NCBI GenBank assembly: GCA_964655245.1
Contig: CAZZLQ010000005.1
Span: 1 to 57,652, forward strand
Direction: 5' to 3'
DNA length: 57,652 nt
Origin: an uncultured Bacteriovoracaceae bacterium
GTDB lineage: Bacteria; Bdellovibrionota; UBA2394
In this document: positions 38,648 through 48,014 of the stretch, in pieces
Layout: each line of letters opens with the position of its first letter
How positions within the stretch are numbered: position 1 is the first letter of the stretch
Notes under the pieces: model-generated
What the model saw: the letters and a program-made list of their open reading frames with translations, nothing else
Told to the model about the DNA's origin: nothing
Database searches by the model: none
Position numbers and translations under genes: made by a program

Positions 38648-41600
38648 GAAATCAGCGCACTTCCACCGCTTAGAAATGATCTGAGGATTCTTACTGCTTT
38701 GGATCATTTCGAGCATTTCCTCTTTTTTCTGAGGCTCTTGCTTTTGAAGCTTCTCAAAATCCTCTCTCGAAAGATGACCATCAATCAGCAGTCGAATCGC
38801 CGTCATCCTCACAAGTGCCCAGCGCGCTCTCAAGATTCTTTCGGCTTCAACCTTGCCCGCTTCCACGAGAGAGGCGATTTCTCTCTGAACGGGCTCGCTT
38901 GTGGCAATCACAACACCATCTTTGACCGGAAACTTGAGAGCCTCATCCGAAAGACCCCATGTCGTCACTGCTTCCTCTGCAAGACGTCGCGCCTGTTTTA
39001 GGTCTGATGACCAACCCGAATCTTTGCTAAAGCCTGCGAGCTGTTGCGCCATGTTTCCCGCCAAAATCCCGGCGATACGAGCCACAACCGCCTCTCGGCT
39101 GTAATAGTAGACGGGGTCATCGCTTTCATATCGAACATATCCACCATAGCCTCCTTCACCACGAATCGTGATGAAGCCAACCACGGCACCCGTAAGCTCT
39201 GGCTGATTAGCAACGGCATGTCCCGCTTCATGATAGGCAACAATCAAACTGTCATTGAGATCCGCCAATCGCTTGGGCTTTGCTTCACGAGTAATGTCCA
39301 TCGAGTAGTCTTGAACTTTTCGTTTGGGAATCTTCACATGTAATCTGAGAACCACCTCACGAGGGGTCAGATCCTTCGATGTTCTTCGAATCCGCCCGGA
39401 AAAGTTATCTTCAACATCAAGAGTCAATGTCGCTCGCTGAAAGTTCTCACGATCCATTGCATGTTCAATCAAGGCCTGGCCAACGAGATCCACCACGGCG
39501 TTTTCGGCGACCTCGCGAAGACTTCGTCCCCCTCGCGCATGCGAGAAGAAAGACTCCGTAAGACGTTCATAAAATCCATCCGCAACTTTGATGTTGTCAA
39601 ACTCATAAGCAGCCTTCAGCTGACCTAAGACTCGCTCAACTTCCTTCTTGGCCACTTGAATCTGCTCCGAATGAATCAAAGGCTTCATAAGCGCGATATT
39701 ATTTCCGATTCGACCGAGAAGAGGCTCGGGCCATCCGCTGTGTCTGAGAAGATCTTGTAGATAATCCCGACGATTCATTCGCTTCCACTCTGACAATCGC
39801 AGATCATCATTGGGAAGATTTTCAAACAACTCCTGCCCCTCATTAGAAGTCATCAAAATAAAATGTTTTCGAAGATCGTATTTATTCCCTAGGGGGCTCG
39901 TCCAAGTGCCCTCCTCAAACATGTCATAAAGACGTTTCAAAAGTTCTGAGCGGGGGGTAGCCATTGAGGGATGTCGAGGGTCCGCACCCATATTGCCAAT
40001 CTCATCTAAGATAATGACCATTCCTTCAGGAAAATCATGAAGCGCCTTTTCAAATGGAGACATGGTTTCTGAGCCTACAATGCCTCGAGGTGAGCCAAAA
40101 ATATTTGACCAATCATGTTCTGTCTTCACTTGTCCCAAACCAAACTGTCGCATTCTTTGGGAGGTTCCGTACAAGACTTGCGCCAAAGCGCGCCCCAGCT
40201 CCGTTTTGCCAATTCCCGTGGAGCCGAGAAGAAGCGCGTGAGCTGGCACAACGAGTTTGGAATTGAGGGCACGGGTTCTGACTGCTCGACTCACCACTTT
40301 GATGGCCTCAGCCTGCCCAAACACTGACTTTCCAAGCTCTTCCTCAAGACCTTGAAGCCTCGAAATAGATTGGGGATCCTGAAGGGGATTGATCTCCGTC
40401 AAACGAATCAGCAAATGATCGACAATTGTCACCTTCTGATTGGTCTTATTCGCCAGCAGAATGGACGCTTCGCCCTTCTCGCTTCGATGATCCCAAGTGG
40501 CCATCATCTCGTGATTTTCGGCTGGGCTTAACTGCAAAACGGCCTCCTGATGAAGCCTGTTGAACAAATCCATCGTCTGCTGCAAGAGGCTTCGAACGCC
40601 CTCCTCAGGCACATAATAGGTTCGAACAATCTCTTCGATAGTGGGCTCATCAATAGTGAGAGAATAGAAATACTGCTTCTTAATCTGCTGCGAGATCGAT
40701 TGGGCCAACCCTCGAACAATCGCGACGGCCCCTTCGAATGAAGGGGGAACAACCGCCACAGCACGATCAATCCGCTGAAGCTCAGCAGCCCCCCAAACCT
40801 GGGAGGTGTCATAGAGATTTTTTGATGAAGGCTTCAAAAACAAATCGCGAACTCGCTTGTCCGTAAATGTAGCAAGCCGTCGCATCAATTCATCGCGCTT
40901 AAGTGCTGTGCCCTGACCCACAGGATAGATTTCATCCGCACCGCGATTGGAGGTAAACACCACCAGGGATCGGCCAAGATAGTATGTTTGCCCATCTCCA
41001 CCTTGAAGCTTTCCGGTATCCAGCATCTCCATCAGAATCTTGATGAGATCCGGATGAGCTTTTTCGATCTCGTTGATCAAAATCACATTTCGGCCTTTGC
41101 CTCGGCCGCGCAAGAATTCAGGCAAGATACCCTGAGGGGAGTCAGCGTTGTATCGAGCCGTCCCAATCAAGGAATCAAAAACACCATTTCGATACTTTGT
41201 CGCATCAATCTCTAGGAATCGTTCGGGATCTCGAAGGACATGCTGAGCAAAAGCTTGCCCTGAAAACGTCTTTCCCGCTCCGGTTGGACCCACCGCCAAG
41301 AGCGATCGATGCTTCTTGTGTCCAACGCCCAAATTCACTTCACGCCACAGATCGATCATCGCTGAAACAAGCTGGGGCTGATCCACAACGACTTCGAGAA
41401 GCTTCTGACGACCTTCCTCATTGGCCTGAACAAAAGCTGTCGGATTTTGAGGACCGACGCCGTACATAGTCCAAGCAGCCTTATCAATATCCTCAGGCTT
41501 AACTTCCGTTTTTTTGGCTCGAGTCAAATCGGTTTTAATCTGCTCAAGGAGGCGAACACTGCGCGCAGGCTCATGAGATCCCGGATCCAAATCCGAGGAG

Positions 41601-42934
41601 ACGCTGATCACGCGATTGAGCATGGACTCGTCGAGCTTGTATCCAAACTTAAGATCAATCCACGAATGCAGCTTTCGCAACAGTTCTTCATCACGAGGCT
41701 CCTCAATTCGAATCTCCGCAAATCTCCTCCGAAGAGCGGGGTCGGAACCAAAAGCTCGTTGGTATTCCTCGGGAGTGTCCGTCGCAACAATCATGAGATC
41801 GCCTGCTGCAATATGCTTCTTCAGCATTTGCATCAAATCCACGCTACTATTGGAATGAGTTCCAAGGCCCTTCAGGCTATGAAACTCATCAAAAACGAGA
41901 ACAAGGGGAATCGATCGTGAAGCCTGAATCAGCGCATTCACACGCTTGTCAATTTCGCCCACCAGTCCCGCGCCCTGTTCGAGAGCTTCGCGAGGGACCT
42001 GCATCACTTCCCAAGTCTCAGGAAGTTTGTCGATTAATCCCTCGATGATCGTTGTCTTCCCGGTGCCACTCTGTCCGAGCAAAACAACCGACTTGGACTC
42101 CTTGCGTTTCAAAGCCTCGACGATTCGCTGAATGACTTCCTTATCTTTGTCAGTGGGAGGAAGCATATTCTTTCGATCAAAGCCATCTCGCAAATCTGGC
42201 AAGAGATCCTGCAAAAAGGCGAGGGCGTCGATCCGTGATCCTGAAGTCGTCAGCACCGCCTTTGCCGCTTTAGGCTCAAAGGTAGCCTCGAGTTCCAACC
42301 GCAGCAAATCAAGGTCTCGGCCGCCCGGAACATAAAGCATCATATGGCTCATATCCAAAACGACCTCATTCATCTGTTCGTCCTTGAATGGGACTGAGGC
42401 CACTTTGATCAGCATTTGAGACGAGGCTTCATAAAAGTAGGTTCCGAGCATATTGGGAGAAATCACACTCAGCAGAAAAAGCTGATTTCCCGTGTCTTCC
42501 AAGTGGCGAACTCGAAGTGCCTCGACCTCTGTAGGAAAAAGCGGATGGCGCAGGAGCGTTCCCCGACTCGAGATGAGTAAAGCTTCATTTTTGTCAGTGA
42601 TCGCATAGGTATAAGAGTTTGAACGATGATGAATCGGTTCAACGATTCCACGAATGAGACCTCTTTGATGCCCATTGACCCCAATGCGCTTGATCGGTCC
42701 CGTGTAGAGCACCTCCGAAGAGTTGGAAAGGGGAGAGCCCACGATGATTTGCACATCCTGACTCTGCGGAACCTGAATGAATCGAACGGCCACCTGGGAA
42801 TCCGCAAAAACAAAGGATCCCAACAGCTTTTGAGGGCTACCCCCCGGAGCATCGGAGTAGTCCGCATTGGCCTGAACGGCAAAGGAAAACAAAATTGAAA
42901 CCCACAAAAATCCCCGAACAATCAATAACTTCAC
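38621..42934 (-). CDS. Signal peptide + three ClpA/B-type AAA+ modules + FtsH-type (M41) peptidase domain
   Basis: Walker A GQSGTGKT, GPTGAGKT, GSTGIGKT; VFDEFH, DPALRRRF, INEIEKAHP, VFGQAEAI, ILMTSN; AYHEAGHA, SSDLKQA; leader ending ANA. Confidence 0.85.
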   Translation of the reverse strand: MKLLIVRGFLWVSILFSFAVQANADYSDAPGGSPQKLLGSFVFADSQVAVRFIQVPQSQDVQIIVGSPLSNSSEVLYTGPIKRIGVNGHQRGLIRGIVEPIHHRSNSYTYAITDKNEALLISSRGTLLRHPLFPTEVEALRVRHLEDTGNQLFLLSVISPNMLGTYFYEASSQMLIKVASVPFKDEQMNEVVLDMSHMMLYVPGGRDLDLLRLELEATFEPKAAKAVLTTSGSRIDALAFLQDLLPDLRDGFDRKNMLPPTDKDKEVIQRIVEALKRKESKSVVLLGQSGTGKTTIIEGLIDKLPETWEVMQVPREALEQGAGLVGEIDKRVNALIQASRSIPLVLVFDEFHSLKGLGTHSNSSVDLMQMLKKHIAAGDLMIVATDTPEEYQRAFGSDPALRRRFAEIRIEEPRDEELLRKLHSWIDLKFGYKLDESMLNRVISVSSDLDPGSHEPARSVRLLEQIKTDLTRAKKTEVKPEDIDKAAWTMYGVGPQNPTAFVQANEEGRQKLLEVVVDQPQLVSAMIDLWREVNLGVGHKKHRSLLAVGPTGAGKTFSGQAFAQHVLRDPERFLEIDATKYRNGVFDSLIGTARYNADSPQGILPEFLRGRGKGRNVILINEIEKAHPDLIKILMEMLDTGKLQGGDGQTYYLGRSLVVFTSNRGADEIYPVGQGTALKRDELMRRLATFTDKRVRDLFLKPSSKNLYDTSQVWGAAELQRIDRAVAVVPPSFEGAVAIVRGLAQSISQQIKKQYFYSLTIDEPTIEEIVRTYYVPEEGVRSLLQQTMDLFNRLHQEAVLQLSPAENHEMMATWDHRSEKGEASILLANKTNQKVTIVDHLLIRLTEINPLQDPQSISRLQGLEEELGKSVFGQAEAIKVVSRAVRTRALNSKLVVPAHALLLGSTGIGKTELGRALAQVLYGTSQRMRQFGLGQVKTEHDWSNIFGSPRGIVGSETMSPFEKALHDFPEGMVIILDEIGNMGADPRHPSMATPRSELLKRLYDMFEEGTWTSPLGNKYDLRKHFILMTSNEGQELFENLPNDDLRLSEWKRMNRRDYLQDLLRHSGWPEPLLGRIGNNIALMKPLIHSEQIQVAKKEVERVLGQLKAAYEFDNIKVADGFYERLTESFFSHARGGRSLREVAENAVVDLVGQALIEHAMDRENFQRATLTLDVEDNFSGRIRRTSKDLTPREVVLRLHVKIPKRKVQDYSMDITREAKPKRLADLNDSLIVAYHEAGHAVANQPELTGAVVGFITIRGEGGYGGYVRYESDDPVYYYSREAVVARIAGILAGNMAQQLAGFSKDSGWSSDLKQARRLAEEAVTTWGLSDEALKFPVKDGVVIATSEPVQREIASLVEAGKVEAERILRARWALVRMTAIRLLIDGHLSREDFEKLQKQEPQKKEEMLEMIQSSKNPQIISKRWKCADFLRQAAAGH

Positions 42935-43128
42935 TCCCCTGGTCCCCCTCTTTAGACCTTTTCAAAATAAGAAATCTAGGGAGCCGATGGCAAGACTTAT
43001 CAATGCACTGCGACAAAAGTTGGGGGAGGGGAAGACTAAGCTCAAGACTTTGCTTGAAATCTTTGCAGAGAGCCCGCCTCGCTCACCGTTCTAACGAGCC
43101 CAAAGAGCCGTTTAAGTGGATTCGGCCT

Positions 43129-43144
43129 TGGCACTGCCCTTGCT
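43129..43144 (+). promoter_or_regulatory. sigma54-type promoter
   Basis: TGGCACTGCCCTTGCT, near-perfect -24/-12 consensus. Confidence 0.7.
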
Positions 43145-43168
43145 CTTTGCAGTGAGGAGGTGGCTTTG

Positions 43169-43975
43169 GTGATCAGTCTGAGATCGATTCTTTCATCCGT
43201 TATCTGTTTGTTGGCAGGATTTGCTCCCATTGTCGCTGAAGCCTTTTCCGGAAATCTCGACTTTATGCTCAACCGATCGTCCTGCAGTGGCTGTCACAGT
43301 TCCGCAACAGCTCCCTCTCCGGCTACCACGCAGGCTCTACGAGTCAAAGATGTCGAAACGGAAAATCTCGTCACTCAATATGAACCGGGAAAGACGTATG
43401 CCATTCAGATCCTGTTTTCACCTCAGTTAGGTCTCGAAGGAAAGTACCGGGTCGCTTACTTTTTGCGCTCAAAGACAGCGAGTGGATCAGCTCTGGGGGA
43501 GTTTACTACCCCGGCAACCATCGCCACTGCGGATGGCTCTCAAACAGCTCCGGATCGAATCTACAAACCCCAATCTCATGAGGTTGCACGAGTGTTTACA
43601 TCCCCGAGTCAAATCGCCTCATCGGCTTTGACACTGTTGTGGAAAGCTCCTCAGAGCTCTGAAGCTGTACGTTTTGAGTTTGCACGAGTGGAGGCCAACA
43701 ACAACGGAGGCAACGATGCCGGTGATCGAGGATCAAGCAGTATCGAAGTCGTCACTCTCACAAGCACAGGCCTGCCCGATTCGAATGGGGATCAGTCGCC
43801 GACTGATCGAGCATCGAATTTTGATGAAAACCTCAGCGGAGGATGTGGAATCCTGAAGGCGAGTCACGCTGACAAACGGAATAACTGGTTTCAGTCTCTC
43901 TTTGTTCTCGCATTATTGATGATGATTTCTCTTCGAGGAGCCAGCAAAAAACTGAGCGATCAAGCTCGAAGCTGA
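43169..43975 (+). CDS. Exported Reeler-like domain protein with CxxCH and C-terminal GGC/TM sorting tail
   Basis: SD GAGGAGG; signal ending AEA; CSGCH; YEPGKTY, WKAP, ANNNG; SGGCG + hydrophobic helix + basic end. Confidence 0.65.
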   Translation: MISLRSILSSVICLLAGFAPIVAEAFSGNLDFMLNRSSCSGCHSSATAPSPATTQALRVKDVETENLVTQYEPGKTYAIQILFSPQLGLEGKYRVAYFLRSKTASGSALGEFTTPATIATADGSQTAPDRIYKPQSHEVARVFTSPSQIASSALTLLWKAPQSSEAVRFEFARVEANNNGGNDAGDRGSSSIEVVTLTSTGLPDSNGDQSPTDRASNFDENLSGGCGILKASHADKRNNWFQSLFVLALLMMISLRGASKKLSDQARS

Positions 43976-45093
43976 GTTCTCAAGCCCGCTTCAAACTCTC
44001 TCTTCCATTTGAAATAAAGCTTGAGGAAATCTTTTCTCGCTTGCTTCAAAGCACGACGAGATGTTTTCCACTCTCGAGACTGAAGAACTTTATTGACCAC
44101 GTGACCCTGATTCCACGAAAGGTGCATCTGATTCCATTTTTGGTAGGCCTTTAGCAACTTGGATTCAAGATCCGTTAAAATCGGGCTCTCAACAGCCGGC
44201 TCTTTTAGTTTTGCTGTTTCCATTTTAGCTTTGAGAATCTCAACCTCAGGAGGTTGCTTCAAATTCCAGCACCAGCCGAGCTTAGAAAAGCCATAAATCA
44301 TCCACTTACCTGGATCCCAGTCATAGGTTCGAGGTCCATTTCGATAATCAAAAGGAAAGCGATGATGATAGTTGTGCCAACCTTCACCCCAAGTCAAAAA
44401 CGCTAGAATCCAGGAATCGCGGGCCGTGCAGCGAATCGAGTAGGTTTGAGAACCAAAATAATGAGCCCAGGAGTTGATGAAAAAAGTCGCATGATTGATG
44501 CAGAACAATCGCAAAAACCCACCGCACAAAAGACCCGCCAGGGCTCGGTCAAACAAAGCGCCTACCAAGGTTGGCAGTACAAAACTGCTGAGGGCAAACC
44601 ACACTATATAATAGTCAGACTGATTCTTGATCATCCGGTTTTCAGCAAGGTCTTTCACATTTGAGAACTCTGTGGTGGTGGGACTGCCGAGCATCCACCC
44701 CATATGAGCCCACCAAAAACCTCGCTTCACATTGTAAGGATCTTCGTCCGTATCTTCATTTTGATGATGTCTTCGGTGATCAGAGCACCAACTCAGAGCC
44801 GAACCCTCTCCCGCAGCAGCTCCACCAAACAAGCCGATGAATCTTACGATTGAATTTGAAGAGAAAGCCCGATGGGTAAACCCGCGGTGGTAGCCGATAC
44901 AAATTCCCAACGCCGATAGAGAATACATCCCGAGAAAAATCGCCAAATCAACCCAAGCAAATCCACCACCCAACCACACATAGAGAGGGTAGGCCGTGAG
45001 GCCAATCAAATGACTCGGAATCACAAAGAGAATGTTTCGCCAATTGGGGGAGAAAGGTTTGCGTGAGTTACTCGCAACTCGTGTTGATGCCAT
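43960..45093 (-). CDS. Delta-9 acyl-CoA-type fatty acid desaturase
   Basis: His boxes HRGFTH, HRRHH, HNYHH; GFWWAHMGW; DYRNG. Confidence 0.92.
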   Translation of the reverse strand: MASTRVASNSRKPFSPNWRNILFVIPSHLIGLTAYPLYVWLGGGFAWVDLAIFLGMYSLSALGICIGYHRGFTHRAFSSNSIVRFIGLFGGAAAGEGSALSWCSDHRRHHQNEDTDEDPYNVKRGFWWAHMGWMLGSPTTTEFSNVKDLAENRMIKNQSDYYIVWFALSSFVLPTLVGALFDRALAGLLCGGFLRLFCINHATFFINSWAHYFGSQTYSIRCTARDSWILAFLTWGEGWHNYHHRFPFDYRNGPRTYDWDPGKWMIYGFSKLGWCWNLKQPPEVEILKAKMETAKLKEPAVESPILTDLESKLLKAYQKWNQMHLSWNQGHVVNKVLQSREWKTSRRALKQARKDFLKLYFKWKREFEAGLRTQLRA

Positions 45094-45263
45094 GTATCAA
45101 TTATAGCCGACCTTAGGGGGATTGTGCAAAACCTAAACCTGAGTATCTCCAGGTGCAGATTTCGCTTCAAAGTCGACGACAAGTCTTTTAGCTTCATGGA
45201 AGCTCGCGGGGAAGACCTGCTTCGATGGAGTCGAAGCACGAGCGATTGGAGATTGAGACAAAA

Positions 45264-46739
45264 ATGCAGACTCGTGTACCAACACAAATTCTTGAGTGTG
45301 AAAATTTTATTCACGGCCGCTGGGTCGCAGGCAGCGCAGGCTCTGCAATGATTCACTCTCCTTATAATGGGGCCGCGATTGGGCGCATCAGTATTCCCTC
45401 ACAACAGCAGATCAAAGACGCCATTGCTCACGCTCAACAAGCTCAAACTCAATGGGCCAATCTACCTATCAAAGAACGCAGTAAAATTCTTTTTCAGTTT
45501 CGAAACATTCTTTTGCGAGACGCCGATGAAATCGCGCATCTCAAAAGTGCAGAGTCCGGCAAAACCTTTGATGAGGGTAAGGCGGGTCTCATGAAGGGTA
45601 TTGAGGTCCTTGAGTTTGCTTTGAGCATTCAAAATCTCGATCTCGGGGGACGACTGGAGGTTTCGCGAGGTGTCAGCTGTGAGTACCGAAGAGAGCCTCT
45701 GGGTGTGATCGCCAACATTACGCCCTTCAATTTCCCAGCCATGGTGCCGATGTGGACGATTCCGATCGCGCTCGTGCTTGGGAACTCCTATGTTTGGAAG
45801 CCTTCCGACAAAACGCCATTAACATCTCTCAAGATCGCGAACGCTCTCAAGGAAGCAGGACTTCCCGATGGAGTCTTTACTGTTCTTCATGGCGGCGTTG
45901 ATACCGTCAATGCCATCATCGATCATCCGTTCATCAAAGCCGTTGGCTTTGTGGGATCCACCAAGGTTGCTCGCGCCGTCTACGAACGAGCGACCAATCA
46001 GGGCAAGCGCGCCCTCGCTCTTGGTGGCGCGAAGAATCACATCATTCTTGTCCCTGACGCTCACCCCGATCTTGCAGGGCCAGGAATTTCAGATTCATTT
46101 ACCGGATGTGCTGGTCAGCGATGCATGGCCGCCTCCGTGCTCTTGGCCGTCGGGGATGTGGAAGCTCATATTCAAAAGATTGTTCGTCGGGCGGGCTCAC
46201 TGGCTCTGGGAGAGCAGATGGGGGCCATCATCACCAAAGCACAAGTCGATTTTTTGAAGGCGGCGATTACACGCGCTGAAGCAGCAGGGGCCAAAGTTCT
46301 ACTGGACGGCCGAAAGGCACAAGCTCCCAAGGGCTTTGAAGGTGGCAACTGGCTCGGACCTACCGTTCTTGACTGTGTGACGGCCGGTTCAGAATCGGCG
46401 ACCCAGGAACTTTTTGGTCCGATCCTGAGCATTGTTCGGTGCAAAGATTTGAGCGAGGCTCTTCGAATTGAAAAGAGCGTTGAGTACGGAAATGCGTGCA
46501 GCGTTTTCACATCCAACGGAGCCATTGCTGAACGTGTCGCTCGGGAAGCGTCAACAGGAATGGTTGGCATTAATGTGGGCGTTCCTGTTCCTCGTGAGCC
46601 TTTTTCTTTTGGCGGAATTAACGCTTCAAAGTTTGGCCACGGAGACATCACCGGTCACCACAGTTTAGATTTTTGGTCGAACGTCAAAAAGGTGACCACC
46701 AAATGGGAACCTCAAACAGATTCAAGTTGGATGTCATAA
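45264..46739 (+). CDS. mmsA: CoA-acylating (methyl)malonate-semialdehyde dehydrogenase
   Basis: ITPFNFPAMVP, FVGST, GGAKNH, GCAGQRCMA, GMVGINVGVPVP. Confidence 0.92.
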   Translation: MQTRVPTQILECENFIHGRWVAGSAGSAMIHSPYNGAAIGRISIPSQQQIKDAIAHAQQAQTQWANLPIKERSKILFQFRNILLRDADEIAHLKSAESGKTFDEGKAGLMKGIEVLEFALSIQNLDLGGRLEVSRGVSCEYRREPLGVIANITPFNFPAMVPMWTIPIALVLGNSYVWKPSDKTPLTSLKIANALKEAGLPDGVFTVLHGGVDTVNAIIDHPFIKAVGFVGSTKVARAVYERATNQGKRALALGGAKNHIILVPDAHPDLAGPGISDSFTGCAGQRCMAASVLLAVGDVEAHIQKIVRRAGSLALGEQMGAIITKAQVDFLKAAITRAEAAGAKVLLDGRKAQAPKGFEGGNWLGPTVLDCVTAGSESATQELFGPILSIVRCKDLSEALRIEKSVEYGNACSVFTSNGAIAERVAREASTGMVGINVGVPVPREPFSFGGINASKFGHGDITGHHSLDFWSNVKKVTTKWEPQTDSSWMS

Positions 46740-46757
46740 GGATCAAGGGGAGTATTC

Positions 46758-48014
46758 ATGTCGACTCATCAGCGCGCTAATCATATTATTTTAGCCACTC
46801 ATACGAATCTTACGTTCAAAGAAACGATTCCAATCAACTGGGGAGCGAAGACTCCCATGGAACGCGGACCCGTGGTTGCGTCGCTGACCAATGCCAAGTT
46901 TCGAAACGCCATTGGCGCACACAGCGGCTCCTATACGGTGTATCGGGCACTTTCGATTGCGAGCGGAAAGTTCCCCGCCCAACATCGTCCAGACCTTGAG
47001 AACACTCAAAGCCCCACCAAGATTGGTCCTTACCCACAATGGAAAAATCCTGAAACATTGGTGACGGTGGATCCTTGGGGGCTTGATCCCCAACTCAACT
47101 TCAAAAAACTTTATGAGAAGGGACTGGATATTCGACCGACCATCGCCGTGACTCAAGCTCACTTGCAGCTTCCAGAGATTCATCAAGCCATTGAAGCCGG
47201 TAGGCTCAAAATCGATGGAAAGATCGTCAAAGAAAATCGAGATGTTCGAGTCACTAAAGTCGCCATTGATCCCGTTTGGTATCTGCCCGGAATGGCTCAG
47301 CGGCTCAACGTGGAAGAAGGGCAGCTCAGAAGAATTTTGTTCCAAGAAACGGGGGGAATGTATCCCGAGTTTATCACCCGACCTGATCTCAAAGTTTGGC
47401 TGCCTCCCATCGGAAGCTCGACGGCCTATATGTTTGGTAATCCAGAGGACTTAGCCAATCCAAAGAAAGAACTGACATGCCGTGTTCATGATGAGTGCAA
47501 TGGATCAGATGTCTTTGGCTCTGATATTTGCACCTGCAGACCTTACTTGATGTATGGAATTGAAGACTGTGTTCGAACTGCTCAGCGCGGCGGGGTTGGC
47601 ATTGTGGTTTACTTCCGAAAAGAGGGTCGAGCGCTCGGGGAAGTAACCAAGTTCTTGGTGTACAATGCGCGCAAACGCCAAAAGGGCGGGGACTCAGCCG
47701 CAACCTACTTCCACCGCACGGAATGTGTAGCGGGAACTGAAGATGCTCGCTTCCAGGAATTCATGCCTGATTGCTTGCATTTCTTTGGAATCACCAAAAT
47801 CGATCATCTGCATTCCATGAGCAATATGAAGTACGACTCCATTGTTGGCAGTGGAATCAAAGTCATCAATCGCGTTTCAATTCCAGAAGAACTCATTCCT
47901 CAGGATGCTCAAGTGGAAATGGAAGCCAAGAAGGCGGCTGGATACTTTGCGCCGAAGGGAGCCAAGGCCAAGTCAGAGCTCCGCAAGGTGAAGGGGCGCG
48001 CGATTGAAGAGTGA
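46758..48014 (+). CDS. URC1-like GTP cyclohydrolase II family protein
   Basis: RNAIGAHSGSY N-domain; RVHDECNGSDVFGSDICTCRPYL; RKEGRALGEVTK; SMSNMKY. Confidence 0.88.
   Translation: MSTHQRANHIILATHTNLTFKETIPINWGAKTPMERGPVVASLTNAKFRNAIGAHSGSYTVYRALSIASGKFPAQHRPDLENTQSPTKIGPYPQWKNPETLVTVDPWGLDPQLNFKKLYEKGLDIRPTIAVTQAHLQLPEIHQAIEAGRLKIDGKIVKENRDVRVTKVAIDPVWYLPGMAQRLNVEEGQLRRILFQETGGMYPEFITRPDLKVWLPPIGSSTAYMFGNPEDLANPKKELTCRVHDECNGSDVFGSDICTCRPYLMYGIEDCVRTAQRGGVGIVVYFRKEGRALGEVTKFLVYNARKRQKGGDSAATYFHRTECVAGTEDARFQEFMPDCLHFFGITKIDHLHSMSNMKYDSIVGSGIKVINRVSIPEELIPQDAQVEMEAKKAAGYFAPKGAKAKSELRKVKGRAIEE

Noticed and set aside
43064-43079. AGGCGGGCTCTCTGCA (minus strand) as a sigma54 promoter for the AAA+/M41 gene
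   Set aside because: Spacing fits but the match is weak (CTGC) and about 130 nt from the start; within chance
46758-48014. ribA (riboflavin synthesis)
   Set aside because: The URC1-type N-domain and DUF1688/upp context indicate uracil catabolism
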